The notes under the pieces were generated by a model. That model was given only the letters and a program-made list of their open reading frames with translations. It ran no database searches and was not told where the DNA came from. The position numbers were made by a program, and so were the translations under genes. Below, in pieces: positions 1 to 14,289 of a stretch of DNA of 64,000 nucleotides. The stretch lies in the NCBI GenBank assembly GCA_951406725.2, contig OX597825.1, positions 31,248,001 to 31,312,000 of the forward strand, in the 5' to 3' direction. The DNA is from Octopus vulgaris. Its lineage: Eukaryota. Every line of letters begins with the position of its first letter. Position 1 is the first letter of the stretch.

Positions 1-3000
1 ACTGGTACTTTATTTATCGAGCCTGAAAGGATGAAAGGCAAACTCGACCTCAGCAGAATTTGAACTCAGAATGTAAGGACAAAATGCTGCTAAACATTTT
101 GTCTGGAGTGCTTACAATTCTGCCAGCTTGTTGCCTTCAGATATTGTAAGAGATATCTGAATGAGATAATAAGGAGATGCAGGTATAGCTTTGTGGTTGA
201 GAAGCTTGCTTGCAAGACAAGTGGATTCAGGTTCAATCCTATAGCGCAGCACCAACGGCGAGGATTTTCTACTATAATCCAGGGCTGAAAATAACCTAGC
301 TGGTGAATTTGGTAAATGGAAACTAAAAGAAGCCTGTCATATAAACATGTGTGTGTGTGTGTTTGTACACTTGTCTTGACGTAACGGATGGTTGTAAGTG
401 ATCATCACTGTCATACAGGCGGTGTTGTTTATTTCAACCTTCTGTGAAAATTATGTCTGGCCATGGTGAAATATCATCCTGTGTGGAATCAGGTGAAGGT
501 TGATGACATAGAAGGGCATCCAGCCAATAGAAAATCTACCTCAGCAAATCTGTTTGACCCAAGCAAGCACAGAAAAGTGGACATTGAAACAATGGTGATG
601 ATGATGATAATCATGATGATGAATTACAAAGTTAACTGTTTTACAAAATCCCTCAAAATTGTTAGTGATTTTTTAAAAATTTAATTAAGAAATACATGGC
701 CAGCATTTTTTTTTTTTTTTGGAGGCAGGTGAGTCATGAAATAATTGACCACAAAATGGTTGAGTAGGTTCCAGAGAAACTAATGAAGGTCAGTATTCAT
801 AATTAATGGTTATAAACAGTTCAATATTGGAATAAACTGGTTTACTGGAAAGAAGAGGAAAACTCTAATGTTTTAAGGAGTCAACCTTTTTGATACCAAT
901 CTCCCTGAAACAACCCTTGGTTCCATGATATAAACTCTTGGATTTAAAATGGGCTAAATTAAAACTATTGAAAAGGTTGCAAGACACAACGAAAATTTTA
1001 GGAAAATAAAAATAAGGAAAAAGTGGAAATTTTACCAGTGAGTGTGTTACATTATAAGGCACAAAAAGAAAATCTCCCCAGACACAACAGCATATACTTC
1101 AACACATGAACTTATATAAAGAATCTTGCAAACCAAATCCAAAAACGAAATAAATTAAAAACCTTCCATTAAAATTCCATGCTAATTTATGGTCAAAACA
1201 CCGGTTTAATAATGACAAAGTTATTTTATTGAATCGCTCGTTATTTTCAAAAGTGAGACAAAAGCAGTGAATTATAATAGAAATACAATAACAAAAAGGT
1301 TGAAGAGTGATATTTTTTTATGCTTCTGAATAAACAGAATGGTTTAATGTATGAATCCTGGGTTTTTTAGCATAGACACACCATATCTGTGTATTGTAAG
1401 GAGCATCTACAAGGGTCGATGTGAGGAAGGGCACCTGGCCATAATACTTTGCCTCAAAGCAGCCTGCATGACCCATACCAGAATGGAAAAGCACATGTAA
1501 AAATGAAGAAGGGTTTTGTTGTTGTTGTTGTTTTTTAATAGTTGAGTCTAGAGCAAAGGCAATGCCCTAACCCACGTTGCTCTTAAACCATTAAAAAAAA
1601 AAATGTGAATTACAAGTGTTTCAGAATGGGCAATAATACAAAATGATGAAAAATAACCCCTGCCAAAAAAAAAAAAAATTATTTACTGCGGCAGCTATTC
1701 AGAACGTATAATAAAGAGTGGTTAAGAGATTTGAAACTATGGATTATTGGAATTTTTTTTTTATGCAAATTACATGTATTTTAGAACGTGGGATATTATT
1801 AAATAGGGAAAAATCCCAATGATGAAACAGGGAAGGGTGTTGAAAGACATGGGTTTTTAAAAAAAGGTTGGGGTTTTTTATGTGATTTACAGGTTTTAGA
1901 ATATGGAATATTATAAAATGACAAAAAATACTGAAAAAAAATTATCTCAAAACAAGTAATTCTATTTTATTTATGACTGCTATTCTGACAGACCACCATA
2001 AGATTCTTGGAAAAGAAATATGACAGAAATTCCAGAAGGTCAACATTTTGGGAGAGAAAGAAGGACTAGAGACAGGGAATAGTGAGAGGCCACAAAGATT
2101 GGACACAAGAAAAGTGATGAGAAGAGGAGAGACAGGCTGGTCAAGAATGTCTAAATGGAGATGGCTTGAACCTAATCAGCTTTGATGAGGAGAATCTATA
2201 ATAGAAGTGCAAGAAAATATGGAGCACACTGGAGTGGGCTGGTGAGTGACATGATGCCAACAGTCCTGCTTCTGATGACTTTTGGCCATTTTTCTAGACA
2301 CAGTCTAAGATGTATGTGTGCACTGCAGCAGCATCCCAGATGTGAGAGCAATGCTTCATTGTCAGTCTCAGCTGATCTTTGCAGATTGTTCAATAACGAG
2401 GATGATGAGGATGGAAGAAAAGGTGTCTGGGTTAGGGTCAAATGTCATAAGCATTGCCTTTGCTCTAGAGTTCAACAATTAAAAACAAAAATAAAACTAC
2501 CTTCATTTTTACATTTGCTTTAACATCCTCCCTCTCTCTCTCTCTCACACACACACTTTCTCTCTCTCTATCCAATCTTTTATTTTGTTTATTCACTAAG
2601 TCTGGAAGAAGTGCAATACTCATACGATTCTAGTACGCCCTCTGAAATTCGTGGGTTCGATGCCCTTAATGTTCTGTTTAAACTGTTATCGATCAACAGC
2701 TGCAGGAAACATACAAGCAGGGAGAATCTTCCAGTTGGATAGAAGTACTGGGGTGGGGGAAGGACTGAACATAGTAAGTTGTGTAGAGTTAGGGTTGGAC
2801 AAAATTGGGGAAAGGCAAGAGCCGAGGAGACGAGTGGGTCACAGTCCCTCCTAGAGAAGGAACCACCACAACAACACATGTCTCCCCCACTCTCCCAACA
2901 AAGATACGACCACAAAAGATAGAATTTTTCCTTTCCTGAAAGCAAACCAATTTCATCCACTTTTCATTTTTTTTCAATTCAGATATTGAGAATCAAGTGT

Positions 3001-4606
3001 CCTAAGAAACGTCAAGACATATTGACAGGGCAGAACAAGACATTTGACCCCCAAAATGTTTAGTCCGTCGATCGGTTCTTTCTACAATTGGCAAAACGAC
3101 AATTCTTGTAATGAAAAGTAAACAAAAAATAAATAACTTAATAGAAATCACAAGGGAGACAACTAAGAACAAAAATTTAAAAGTAGCCTCCCTTGTGGTA
3201 ATAGTTGTGTTTATATAGTGTATTTTATTGCTTTATCTACTAGAAATAGCAGCCAAAGCTCGCTTAGTCTAATATTTAAAAGGAGAAAGGCATATTCGAT
3301 AATATAGTTGTAGATAGAGTATTATATTATCATGCAGAAGATGGGTTTTCTATCAATAAAAATATATCTAGTGAAAATAAATACAATTAATTTTGAGTAT
3401 CTGACATTTAAAAAACAAATCACATGTCGGTAAAAGGAAGAAGTCAATGCACTGAGTGAAATTTGGGCACAAGGCTAGCAATTTCTTAGGAGAAGATAAG
3501 CTGACTACACTGACCCCTAGAGCTCAAATGGTATGTTATTTTATCAAACACATCATCATCGATTAGCGTCCGTTTTCCATGCTGGCATGGGTTGGACGGT
3601 TTGAATGAGGTCTGGAGAGCCAGTGGGTGCACCAGGCTCGAATTAGGTCTGGCAGAGTTTCTACAGCTGGATGCCCTAACTAACGCCAACCACACTGAGA
3701 GTGTAGTGGGTGCTTTTCACATGCCACCAGCACAGGACCCAGTAACGTGGACCTAGCAACGATCACTTTTGGATAGTGCTTGTTATGTGCCACCAGCACA
3801 GGAGCCAGTCAGTGGGTACTGGCATTGGCCACAATCAGTTGGTACTTTTGATGTGCTACCAGCACCAGAGCTAGTAAGGCAGGCCTGGCAATGAACACGT
3901 TCAGGTGGTGCTTTTTACATACCTTTTAAAAGGAGGAAAAAGTAAATTAGACCTAAGTAAAATTTGAACTTAGAATATAAAGTTAGAGAATATGCCATTA
4001 AGCATTTTGTCCAGCATGGGTAATGATTCTGCCAGCTTGCTGCCTTAAATAGTGCTTAAATAATACCAAAAAGAAACCCTTACCAACATGGAAAACAGAC
4101 GTTAAATGCTGATGTTGATGTTGATAATGAAGCGTTAATGTCTTCGAAAAGGAGAATTGTGTGTGTGTGTGTGTGTATGAAGAGGAAAGGCTGTGATGCA
4201 TGACCCTTTGCAGTGACTCTATGTCTGGTAGGAATTGGGTACAAAAATATCTTTGAACCAAAGATCTGACTCGAATGCCTGCAACACAGTGGGCTCCCAC
4301 TTAAAGCACTCAAGGTGCCTGGTGGTGATGGTGCTGAACTGAATAACTGACAGGCTGATTACAGCTACCACCCAACCTGACCATGGCAGGATTTGACTCC
4401 GAAACATAAAGAGCCAGAACAAATATGACAAAACATCCAGTCCAACATTTTAAAAGTTCCGTCATAGCTATGGAAGCATAGAGAGTATATCCAACAGGAC
4501 TATTTTGTCATGTTTGTATCTCTGCAATGTAGATTTACATATATTATTATATCATACCTTGAAACTGTGTGGACTTGTTGGCAAGCCACTGATATCAAAT
4601 AAATCA

Positions 4607-5060
4607 TTAACCCTTTCGTTACCAGCCCGCCTGAACAAATGTCTTGTTTTTATAAGTTTTCAATTAAAATCTTCCACCAAACCTTAGCCACAATTTATGT
4701 TCTTAACACTAGCTGAATGGTAACTAAGTTATTTTACTAAATTCTTTGTTATAAGTAATTGAAAGATACACAGAGCATCTCAACAGAAATATGGTAACAA
4801 AAGGGTTAAAATATATAATAGAGAAACAGTTCTTAACCCTTTCATTACCAACCTGAATGAAACTGCCTCTGGCTCTGAGTGCAAACGTCTTGTTTTCATA
4901 CGTTTTCAATTAAAATCTTCCACCAAACCTTAGTCACAATTTATGTTCCTAACACTAGCTGAATGGTAACTAAGTTATTTTACTAAATTCTTTGTTATAT
5001 TTAAAGTAATTGAAAGAAACACAGAGCATCTCAAAATAGATACGTTAACGAAAGGGTTAA
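4607..5060. mobile_element. Two adjacent piggyBac-like MITEs (4607-4809, 4833-5060)
   Basis: Each is TTAA-CCCTTTC(G/A)TTACC...(G/T)TAAC(A/G)AAAGGG-TTAA: TTAA target site with CCC/GGG termini. Confidence 0.85.
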
Positions 5061-6289
5061 AGCAATGAGCAGGCAGAATCATTACCATGCTGGGCTAAAA
5101 TGCTTTGCAGCGTTTTTTCTGTCTTTGCATTCTGAGTTCAAATTCCACAAAGGTCAACTCTGCCTTTCATCCTTTCAAGGTCGATAAAATAAGTACCAGT
5201 TATGTACTGGGTTTAATGCAACCCACTTACTCACTTCCCCAAAAGTACTAGCCTTCTGCCAAAATATTAATTAAGCATTTATGGTATGCAAATTAGTGGT
5301 TCCATTTCTTTGTGGCTGCTGCATTTGTTGTGTACATAAACAGACTGGCTGTTTATTTCTGCAGGATTGGTCAAATGATGAAGACACTCCTGACAGGATT
5401 AAAATCCAATAAGGTTAAAAAAGAAACAATTAAGGGTGCTCATCGTTTTTTAGGGGTTTTTTTCAATCTACAGGGTAATACTTAAAATTGTTATGCTTGT
5501 ATGTCTATATATGTAGGTTTATGTATACACAAAGCAGTCTACTTCATATATAAAAATGTACATATATAGATGGATAGCAACAGATATACATATATATAGG
5601 TAGGTGTGTGTGTTTTGATTAATTGCAGTGTAAGGCAATGAAGTTATAGCAACGTTTATAAACCACACACACCTACTTTAAGGAATGATATGAACAGCAG
5701 CAGAATTTTTCCACTGGTAGTAATAATATTTATTTCTCCTCAACAGAATAAATAATCAAATGACATCAAAAATATGATTAATGATATATACATTTTTGCT
5801 TGCTTATCAAATATTAATCCATAGAAGATACACACATCTTGAATTTTTTTGTCTTTTTTTTTCTTTTATCAGTAACTGATGTTGACATGCATGAGAATAA
5901 AATTAGGACAATATGTGGTCAAGTATTCTCCAAGGTCAAATTTGGCCTTTGTCTTTTCAGAGTCAATAAACAAGTACCAATCTAGAAAAGTGAAGAGGCA
6001 GGACTATAAAAACGTCAGGGTGGATGGCTCGTAGTATCTATACTGGCTCTTTGAGTTCCAAGTTCAAATCCTACCATAGCCTGCTTGGGTGGTAGACTTA
6101 ATGTATAACTTGGTTTAACACTACCAACTGGCATTTGGGTGTCTTTTGCAGAGGCTACTCAGTTACAAGCCATCTAACCAAGTCTGCAGATTGGTAATAT
6201 TTTGTAGCAGGCTTGGATTTGAAACTGCTTTAGCTCAGTGACAAGAAATAGGCCTCAGCATATCAGATGACTTGCCCTGGATTTTGCTT

Positions 6290-6875
6290 GCAAAGACCTG
6301 TTGAGGCAAGTGAAATCAAAATCAAAATCAAATTCGATGACTGGCATCCATGCTAGCAGGATGCAAAGAGAATCATACGAGTGTGATCGTTGACAGAGCG
6401 GATAACCAGCTCTCATGCCAGTGGCTCATAAAAGGGACCATTCGAGTGTGATCATTACCAGTGTTGCCTTACTGGCACTTGTGCCCGTGCTAATAGGGTG
6501 CCAAGAGCACCGTCCAAGTGTGATCGTTGCCAGAGCAGCTAACTGGCTTCCGTGCCGATGGCACGTAAAAGGCACCATTCGAGCATAATCGTTACCAGCA
6601 TCGCCTTACTGGCACATGTGCCGGTGGCATGTGTAAAAAGATTCAAGCGAGGTCGTTGCCAGTACCACCTGACTGGCCCCCATGCTGGTGGCATGTAAAA
6701 AGCACCCACTACACTCTCAGAGTGGTTGGCGTTAGGAAGGGCATCCAGCTGTAGAAACTCTGCCAGATCAAGATTGGAGCCTGGTGCAGCCATCTGGTTT
6801 GCCAGTCCTCAGTCAAAATCGTCCAACCCATGCTAGCATGGAAAGCGGACGCTAAACGATGATGATGATGATGAT
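6290..6875 (+). mobile_element. RTE LINE 3' UTR/tail fragment with internal subrepeats
   Basis: GTTAGGAAGGGCATCCAGCTGTAGAAAC..GTCCAACCCATGCTAGCATGGAAAGCGGACGCTAAAC(GAT)n. Related tails at ~3550-3920, 15752-15900, 18015-18140, 25060-25410, 31655-31810, 32095-32300 and 40355-40545. Confidence 0.8.
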
Positions 6876-7790
6876 GTGTTTGATAAAATAACATCATTTT
6901 AGCTCTAGGGGTCAGGGTAGTCAGCTTATACTCTCCTAAGAAATTGCTGGCCTTGTGCCCAAATTTGAAACCAATATTTAAGCACTCTTAATATTAAGTT
7001 GTGTCTTTGTGTTGTGACTTCTTTCACTGGTTCCTGATATAATGGCTTATGTTCCAATGCGCCACTCAGTGCATTGACGTTTTCCTTTTACCTACAGTTG
7101 CAACTGTATGATCAATAGAATTTTCCATGAGTTTTCTGCCAAAAAATGGTCATAAATATAGAAACATCAGACAGTCAGTGCAGAGGTTGAGAGAAGTTTC
7201 TAAGAGTACAAATGAACACAACATGGGATTCTTGGTTGCTGTTCAACCTCAAAGTAAAAAGAATTACTTCATCCACAATGTATTTCTCCAAGCACTGGAA
7301 CGGCACATTCTTAATTCTCACCTCTCTTGACTAAACATTGTTTTTTTTTTCTATTAAAACTCTGCCTCGTGTGTGAGTCGCTCACCAGTTTTTTTGTTTT
7401 TTTTTGTTTTGTTTCCTGTTAAAAGCAAGTTTATAAGTTATTATGATATGGTTTTTGCTTTAGACTTTTTTTTTTTATTTTTTGCCAGTAGGACTTCTTT
7501 GCATGTAGAAACTGGTGTTTCCAGTAGAAACCTACATCACATATTAAGGGACTCTTTGTTTCCACAACACACGAAATTATACTGCATTGCGAATTTAATT
7601 AAACTGCTTCTTTTTTTAAATCTCTTTTGAGGATTTTGTTTTTTCAGTTCACAGCTGATTTCTTAAATCTTTATAGTTATGACCGAGTTATTCCCCTTAA
7701 ACTGAGAGTTATTCCCCTTGTTCTGTAAACTTTATTTCAAGTTAGCAGCGAAATTGGATTTTGTTTCCATACACCACTACGTGTTTTGGT

Positions 7791-8177
7791 GTGGAGGCGC
7801 AATGGCCCAGTGGTTAGGGCAGCAGACTCGCAGTCGTAGGATCGCGGTTTCGATTCCCAGACCGGGCGTTGTGAGTGTTTATTGAGCGAAAACACCTAAA
7901 GCTCCACGAGGCTGCGGCAGGGATGGTGGTGATCCCTGCTGTACTCTTTCACCACAACTTTCTCTCACTCTTACTTCCTGTTTCTGTTGTACCTGTATTT
8001 CAAAGGGCTGGCCTTGTCACTCTCTGTGTCACGCTGAATATCCCCGAGAACTACGTTAAGGGTACACGTGTCTGTGGAGTGCTTAGCCACTTACACGTTA
8101 ATTTCACGAGCAGGCTGTTCCGTTGATTGGATCAACTGGAACCCTCGTCGTTGTAACCGACGGAGTGCTTCCACATT
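7791..8177 (+). mobile_element. Young tRNA-derived SINE with target-site duplication
   Basis: A box TGGCCCAGTGG and B box GGTTTCGATTCC; CpG-rich body; 9-bp TSD TGTTTTGGT at 7782-7790 and 8178-8186. Confidence 0.85.
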
Positions 8178-9024
8178 TGTTTTGGTACTGAACAAAAGAA
8201 AAAAACCAGTGCCGTGAATCTGAAAACCAAGTATGGCTTCTACACTATTTGGCACTAACGTCACGAAAACAATAGTTTGTTAAAAACAATTACAATATTA
8301 AATCGCAGTACAAAATTTGTTTTTATTGGCTAAACTGGCAAAATGACCATTCCAAAATACAACAATGTCTGTTTCAACACACGACTTCACATAAAAAATC
8401 TTGCACAACAAATATATAAACGTAATAACAATATTCTTTTTTAAAAGATAATATAAAATATATGGTGCATGTTGAGTGAAAAAGAGTTATGCTAGGACAA
8501 ATATTCATAGCTCTAGTTGACCCAATGATGATGATGGTGATGATGTTGATGATGGTGATGGTGGTGATGATGATGATGATGATGACGACGACGACCTACT
8601 CTGAAATAAATAAATCTTTCATAAACTTTACATTTCAGTGAATTTGGTTTTGTTAGAAAAAACAATTACTAGTACAAAATGTTGTCCCTGTTTTTATTTA
8701 TTTGTCATTGGACTTACAGTCAGGGGCTGGCGCACCACCTTGAAGGGTTTCAACCAAATGAATCGACCCCATTATTATTCTTATAACGCTGGTACTTATT
8801 TTATTGGTCTCTTAAGCCACCCCGCTAAAATACTAGGAGGTAAAGAGGCCAACACCAGACACAAAGACACACACACACAGCTATATACATGCATGTATAT
8901 GCATGTATGTATGTATCTAGACATCCCTGTTTATAGATAGAAATAGATGTGTGCATATGTGTGTGTACACGTGCATATATATATATATGTGTGTATGTAT
9001 ATGTGTACATATATGTATACACAT

Positions 9025-9102
<78 letters not shown>

Positions 9103-10594
9103 CAGAGTACAGGTGAATAAACTGTTATCTAAATTACCCAAAAATGAAAATAACACTGACATCTCATCTTGACAGATATATTTACCAAAATTACATAAAA
9201 ATATCTTGAAATACTAAAGAGTAAATTTATACAATAAAATTCAGTAAAATTTACACTATCACTTTCTCTCTCTTTCTCTCTCTCTCTTTCACACACACAC
9301 ACAGCAACACACACCTTCTCTCTCTCTCTTTTTCTCCCTCTCTTTCTTTCTCTCTCTCAGTCAATCACTCACACATTCACCGAAAAAGATGTGAGAAAAA
9401 ATAAATTAAAAAATGTACGCTGTCACTTGCTCTCCCACATACACACACTACACACACTTTCTGTCTCACACACCCCATCAACACATACACATGTCCTCTC
9501 TCTTTCACTTTATACTGACTTCAATCAGAATGTACATTTCCACTCACAAAAAAAAATTAAAATTTTTTACGGAATTTACCGAACGCCATAAGGTAACAGC
9601 TGAGCTGCACGCACACACCTTTGAGTTAAAATGAAAGATTGCCAAAATGGCTAGGCTATTGCCAAAATTTCTAAATATTTCTATTTTTTTCATTTTTATT
9701 GCATTAATTAATACAGATGACATAATTAAACTAATTACAAATTAGCCGTGTCGTTGATATTTTTTTCTTACCTTAATGATGCAGGTAACATATATTAAAA
9801 GTCCCTTATAAAACTATATTCATAAAATAGTATAGAACTATATTATCAACCTCAAATTTGAGAAACAAACACTCATAACATTTTTTTCTTTTAAAACTTC
9901 ATTGCATGAGATTGATACCATGAAATTGCTTGAAATGAGCTCTATCATTTAAGCTTAATTAAAATATAGTTTGCTTTTAAAATAAAGAAGTTAATTATAC
10001 TTAAATCCAAATTTTTGCCTTACTTATATTTTTTTATGATATTTTACCTCACAACTGTTTTGATACAAATTTTTGTTGCATGGGATCAAAACTATGAAAT
10101 TCTTTATGCTTTCTTCTATCATTGAAGCTAAGATAAATGTATTTTGCTTTTAAAATAAAGAAGTCATCTAGATTTAAACTTGATTGGAGGCATTACTTAC
10201 TCTCCTATAATGTTGCTACAAATTTTGATGTAAACTTTTTTCTACTGGACCAAATCTCAATTTTTTTATGCCAAAATGTATCTAGGGACCAGCCCTCTTC
10301 AAAAATGTTAACAGTTTTTAATTTGGTTATGAACTGAGTTAGTGACAAAGCTCTAGAGACGCTGCATGTGAGTAAATTGCAGACTTAAAAATATTATTCA
10401 ACAACTATCATAGTTGAATGATTAAAAAAAATAGATTGTGATAGTTGTAATAATTTTATAATTGTGGTAATCTGTCTTCATCAGTAAAACTGCTAATTGT
10501 TAAATAGTAAGTAATAATCATAATGTTAGCTGCTGGAAAGTTACACTAAATTTACCCAATTAATAAATCTCAAATTATATCAAATGATGAATTT

Positions 10595-12232
10595 ATAAAA
10601 CACCAGCAATGCTGCAACGCCACCTAAAGAATAAACGCAATTATGCCTCTCCTGGTCTCGATGGTGTCACATACCTACTTCTCAAACGCGGTGGGTACTT
10701 TCTTCTAAACCAACTTTCTCTATTCTTCCAATTCTGTCTTGACAATGGTGTTACTCCAGAACAGTGGAAAACTGCCAGTGTCATCCCTCTGTTCAAAAAA
10801 GGCGACCGCACATCGCCTGTCAACTATCGCCCTGTCAGTCTTACCAGCTGCATCGCCAAACTGATGGAATCCTGTATCAGAGAAACCCTCTGAAACTTCT
10901 GGAAGTCTCACAGCCTCATTCAGCCGTCACAATTCGGATTTATTCCTAACTCCAGCTGCTGTAATCAACTCATCGAGTTTCTTGAGGATGTTACCCAAAT
11001 CACTGATCGCGGATCCTGGGTGGATGTTGTTTACCTGGACTTTGCTAAGGCTTTTAACTCTGTGCCACACAAAAGACTTATGGTGAAGCTTTCTGCGTTG
11101 GGTGTAAGAGACGAACTCTATAACTGGTTAAAGTCCTTTATTTTCGACCGAAAAGAGGTTGTCACAGTTCTAGGACAGAACTCTTCGCCCTATGAGATGA
11201 CATCTGGTGTGCTGCAGGGATCTGTTCTTGGCCCCCTTTTATTTGTTGCATATGTTAATGACATAGATGCCAACTTAAAGAATGCCACAGTGCTGAAATA
11301 TGCAGATGACATCAAGCTGTACCTCGAAATAAAGAGGTCAAATCCTATACACTATGGATCTCTATTGCAAGCAGACCTGGACACAATGCAGCAGTGGATC
11401 ATGGACTGGCAACTCAAGCTGGCTGTGGACAAATGTACCACCATGCATTTTGGGAGGAGAAACCCAGTGTCCACCTACTCCCTCCACAACCCTAGTCTCA
11501 AAAAGTCTTCAAGTGAACGTGACCTGGGTGTTATTGTCGACAGTGATTTGCATTGGACAAAACACATCGCCAAAATTGTCAAGAAGGCTGAGGGTGTCTT
11601 GGCATCACTCACCAAATCCTTTGTGAGCCGCTCTCCGGCTATCTATCTGCGGCTTTATATAGCTATGGTAAGACCTCACCTGGAATTTGCATCACCGGTC
11701 TGGAACCCCTATCTTGCCCAGGACATCAATTGTCCGGAAGCTGTTCAGCGACGTGCAACCAAAAGAATACCCTCCATCAGGCATTTGCCATATCCTGAAC
11801 GCCTTACTTCCCTGGGCATGGACACATTGAAACTCCGACGTCTGGCAGCTGACCTGGCAGACACCCATAAAATTATCAACCATCGCACAAACAATAACAC
11901 TGAGCACCTCTTCAAACTCCACCCATCTAACACCCGTGGACATATTTACAAAGTAAGAAAACAGCACAGCTCCCATGACTTCAGGAAACATTTTTTCATG
12001 CTGAGAGTTGCTGAAGCGTGGAACAAACTGCCGGCATCGGTTGTTAGTTGTCGGAACACTGCATCCTTCAAGACTTCCATGCTTCCTGAGATTCGCCAAC
12101 ACTACACTTGATTTTCTCCCCTCCATACACACACAAGCATGTTCACTTTCCAGACATTTCTACATTACTGCATGTACTTTATATGCACTTTCTGACAAGT
12201 TGTGGTGCACCTGAGCACTGTATACAATAATT

Positions 12233-12264
<32 letters not shown>
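10595..12264 (+). mobile_element. 5'-truncated CR1-clade LINE (reverse transcriptase), one in-frame stop
   Basis: ORFs 10609-10893 (SPGLDG, WKTASVIPLFKKGD, NYRPVSLTS) and 11020-12111 (DVVYLDFAKAF, SGVLQGSVLGPLLF, YADD, VRPHLEFASPVWNP, RVAEAWNKLP) are in one frame with TGA at 10891. Ends in an (ATT)n tail. Confidence 0.93.
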
Positions 12265-12266
<2 letters not shown>

Positions 12267-13500
12267 AATCGTCAAAATGGTAGAAAGAGAATTATGATAA
12301 TTGAGATAACAAACTATAACTTTATGTACAATTTTTTTTACAGTTTATTTTTAAGCAAAAACTATTTGCATTTGTCACAAATGCCACAATTGTGACAAAT
12401 TGTTATAATTCACATTTACATAGAATTATTAAATGTAAATTCACCTTTACATCAGTTTTTCACTCTATTTACAATTTTCAAATGAAAACAAGAATTTTAC
12501 ATGACAGCAACAATTGTCAAAACAATGACAATAATTGACAAATTTGAATTTTGTCATGGACATGTATAAAATGAGAGTGTTGCCCATCATATGATGTGTA
12601 ACTTTGGAACTATACTAAAATTATATTTATCATATACTTATACCAACATGGTAAAAGTATACAATAATCATAATTACAATACAGTAATTATAATTTAACT
12701 TACAATAATTATAATTTAACTTACATCAAATTTTATGGTTCTCATATAAAATGATGAAAAAAATCTAATTTTCAAAAGAAAAATATTTATTACCTCAAAA
12801 TGAAATAAAACTAAATGAAATTCTCGTTTGTGCATTTGCAATAAATCTATCTTATATATTTCCTAAATTTTATCAGCAGAATTGTAATCTACTCCACCGA
12901 AAACCTATCTCTGTAAAATTACATTTAAAAATTGTGTATTTTTTCAGAAAATTTTAAGACACTCTTCCTGTACCTCTTATGTTAACTCTCTCTCTCTCTC
13001 TCATTCTCTCCTTCCCTCCCTCTCTACACAATGTAAAGCATGATGGAGAAATCATTCAACTTTTATAGTGGCTATTATCAAATAGAAATACAATTTATAG
13101 ATATGAATTAACATATAATTTATTGTCATAAATTATCACAACTCACCACTACATAATATTCAGCTAAACAAATTTCCACTCAAGATATTTCCCCCCATTA
13201 CATAAAATCCATCTTTCTCTGTTTCTGAAATTTGTTTCACAATTCATAACAATTTAGCAATTACTGGTGTGTCAATTAAAGAACTGAGTAAATTTGTAAC
13301 AACTTTTTGACAGGTGTCAAATTTTGGGTTAAGACTTGCAACAATTTGTAGCATGTTATTTTTTTTATTTTTTGTGACGAATTTGTGACATTAATTAACT
13401 TCATGATTTTTTTTATGACAACTTTGTGACAAAAATAAGAATTATGAGATGACAGTGAAAATTTTGGGACAATATTGCAATGACAATCTTGTGACAACTA

Positions 13501-13717
13501 TACTCTTTTACTCTTTTACTTGTTTCAGTCATTTGACTGTGGCCATGCTGGAGCACCGCCTTTAGTCGAGCAAATCGACCCCGGGACTTATTCTTTGTAA
13601 GCCCAGTACTTATTCTATCAGTCTCTTTTGCCGAACCGCTAAGTGACGGGGACGTAAACACACTAGCATCGATTGTCAAGCAATGTTGGGGGGACAAACA
13701 CAGACACACAAACATAT

Positions 13718-13793
<76 letters not shown>

Positions 13794-13953
13794 CAGGCTT
13801 CTTTCAGTTTCCGTCTACCAAATCCACTCACAAGGCATAGGTCGGCCCGGGGCTATAGCAGAAGAAACTTGCCCAAGATGCCACGCAGTGGGACTGAACC
13901 CGGAACCATGTGGTTGGTAAGCAAGCTACTTACCACACAGCCACTCTTGCGCC
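13501..13953 (-). mobile_element. tRNA-derived CORE-like SINE (dominant family of the window)
   Basis: Head GGCGCA.GAGTGGCTGTGTGG..GGTTCAGTCCC, CORE-like CTTGGGCAAGT, internal (TA)n, tail (AAAAGAGT)n. Further copies at ~21407-21850, 22897-23115, 34680-35080, 38500-38923 and 40111-40590 (minus). Confidence 0.9.
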
Positions 13954-14100
13954 TATTTGGGAGATTTTTTTTTTTTTTAGCAAATGGTACCACAACAAAT
14001 TTCAGACAAGAACAGGGACAATGATACAGCTCAACTTGTCCAGCAGTTTGTTCCATTTTCACAATGCAACCTGTATTAACAATGGAAAAAATTTACTTAC

Positions 14101-14140
14101 CGCATAAGATTTTCAATACTTTGTTCTTTAATTTTGATAT
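14101..14140 (-). CDS. DPH5: DPH5 coding exon 6 (gene probably continues beyond window start)
   Basis: tttcag|(D)IKIKEQSIENLM+CG|gtaagt; 40 nt, phase 1 to 2; matches DIKVKEQSLENL. The next expected exon (GRKIYEPPRYM...) was not found by eye in 1-14100. Confidence 0.93.
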
Positions 14141-14289
14141 CTGAAAAACAGACAAGTCGAAAAAAAACAAGGAAATTAAGAAATATTTCTAATCCACATC
14201 ATCCAAGAGATTCCAAACCTGGTTTATAATCTGGATATAAAACTAAATTTATTTGGGTCTCTAATTCACTATAGATATATAAAAATAGG

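Noticed and set aside
7793-7866. tRNA gene
   Set aside because: The A/B boxes continue into a SINE body with a TSD; it is a tRNA-derived SINE head, as are similar heads elsewhere.
11020-12111. 363-aa host gene
   Set aside because: CR1 reverse transcriptase fragment of a truncated LINE.
13980-14070. Next DPH5 exon right after exon 6
   Set aside because: It would need a ~30-nt intron, and the translation does not match the expected GRKIYEPPRYM.
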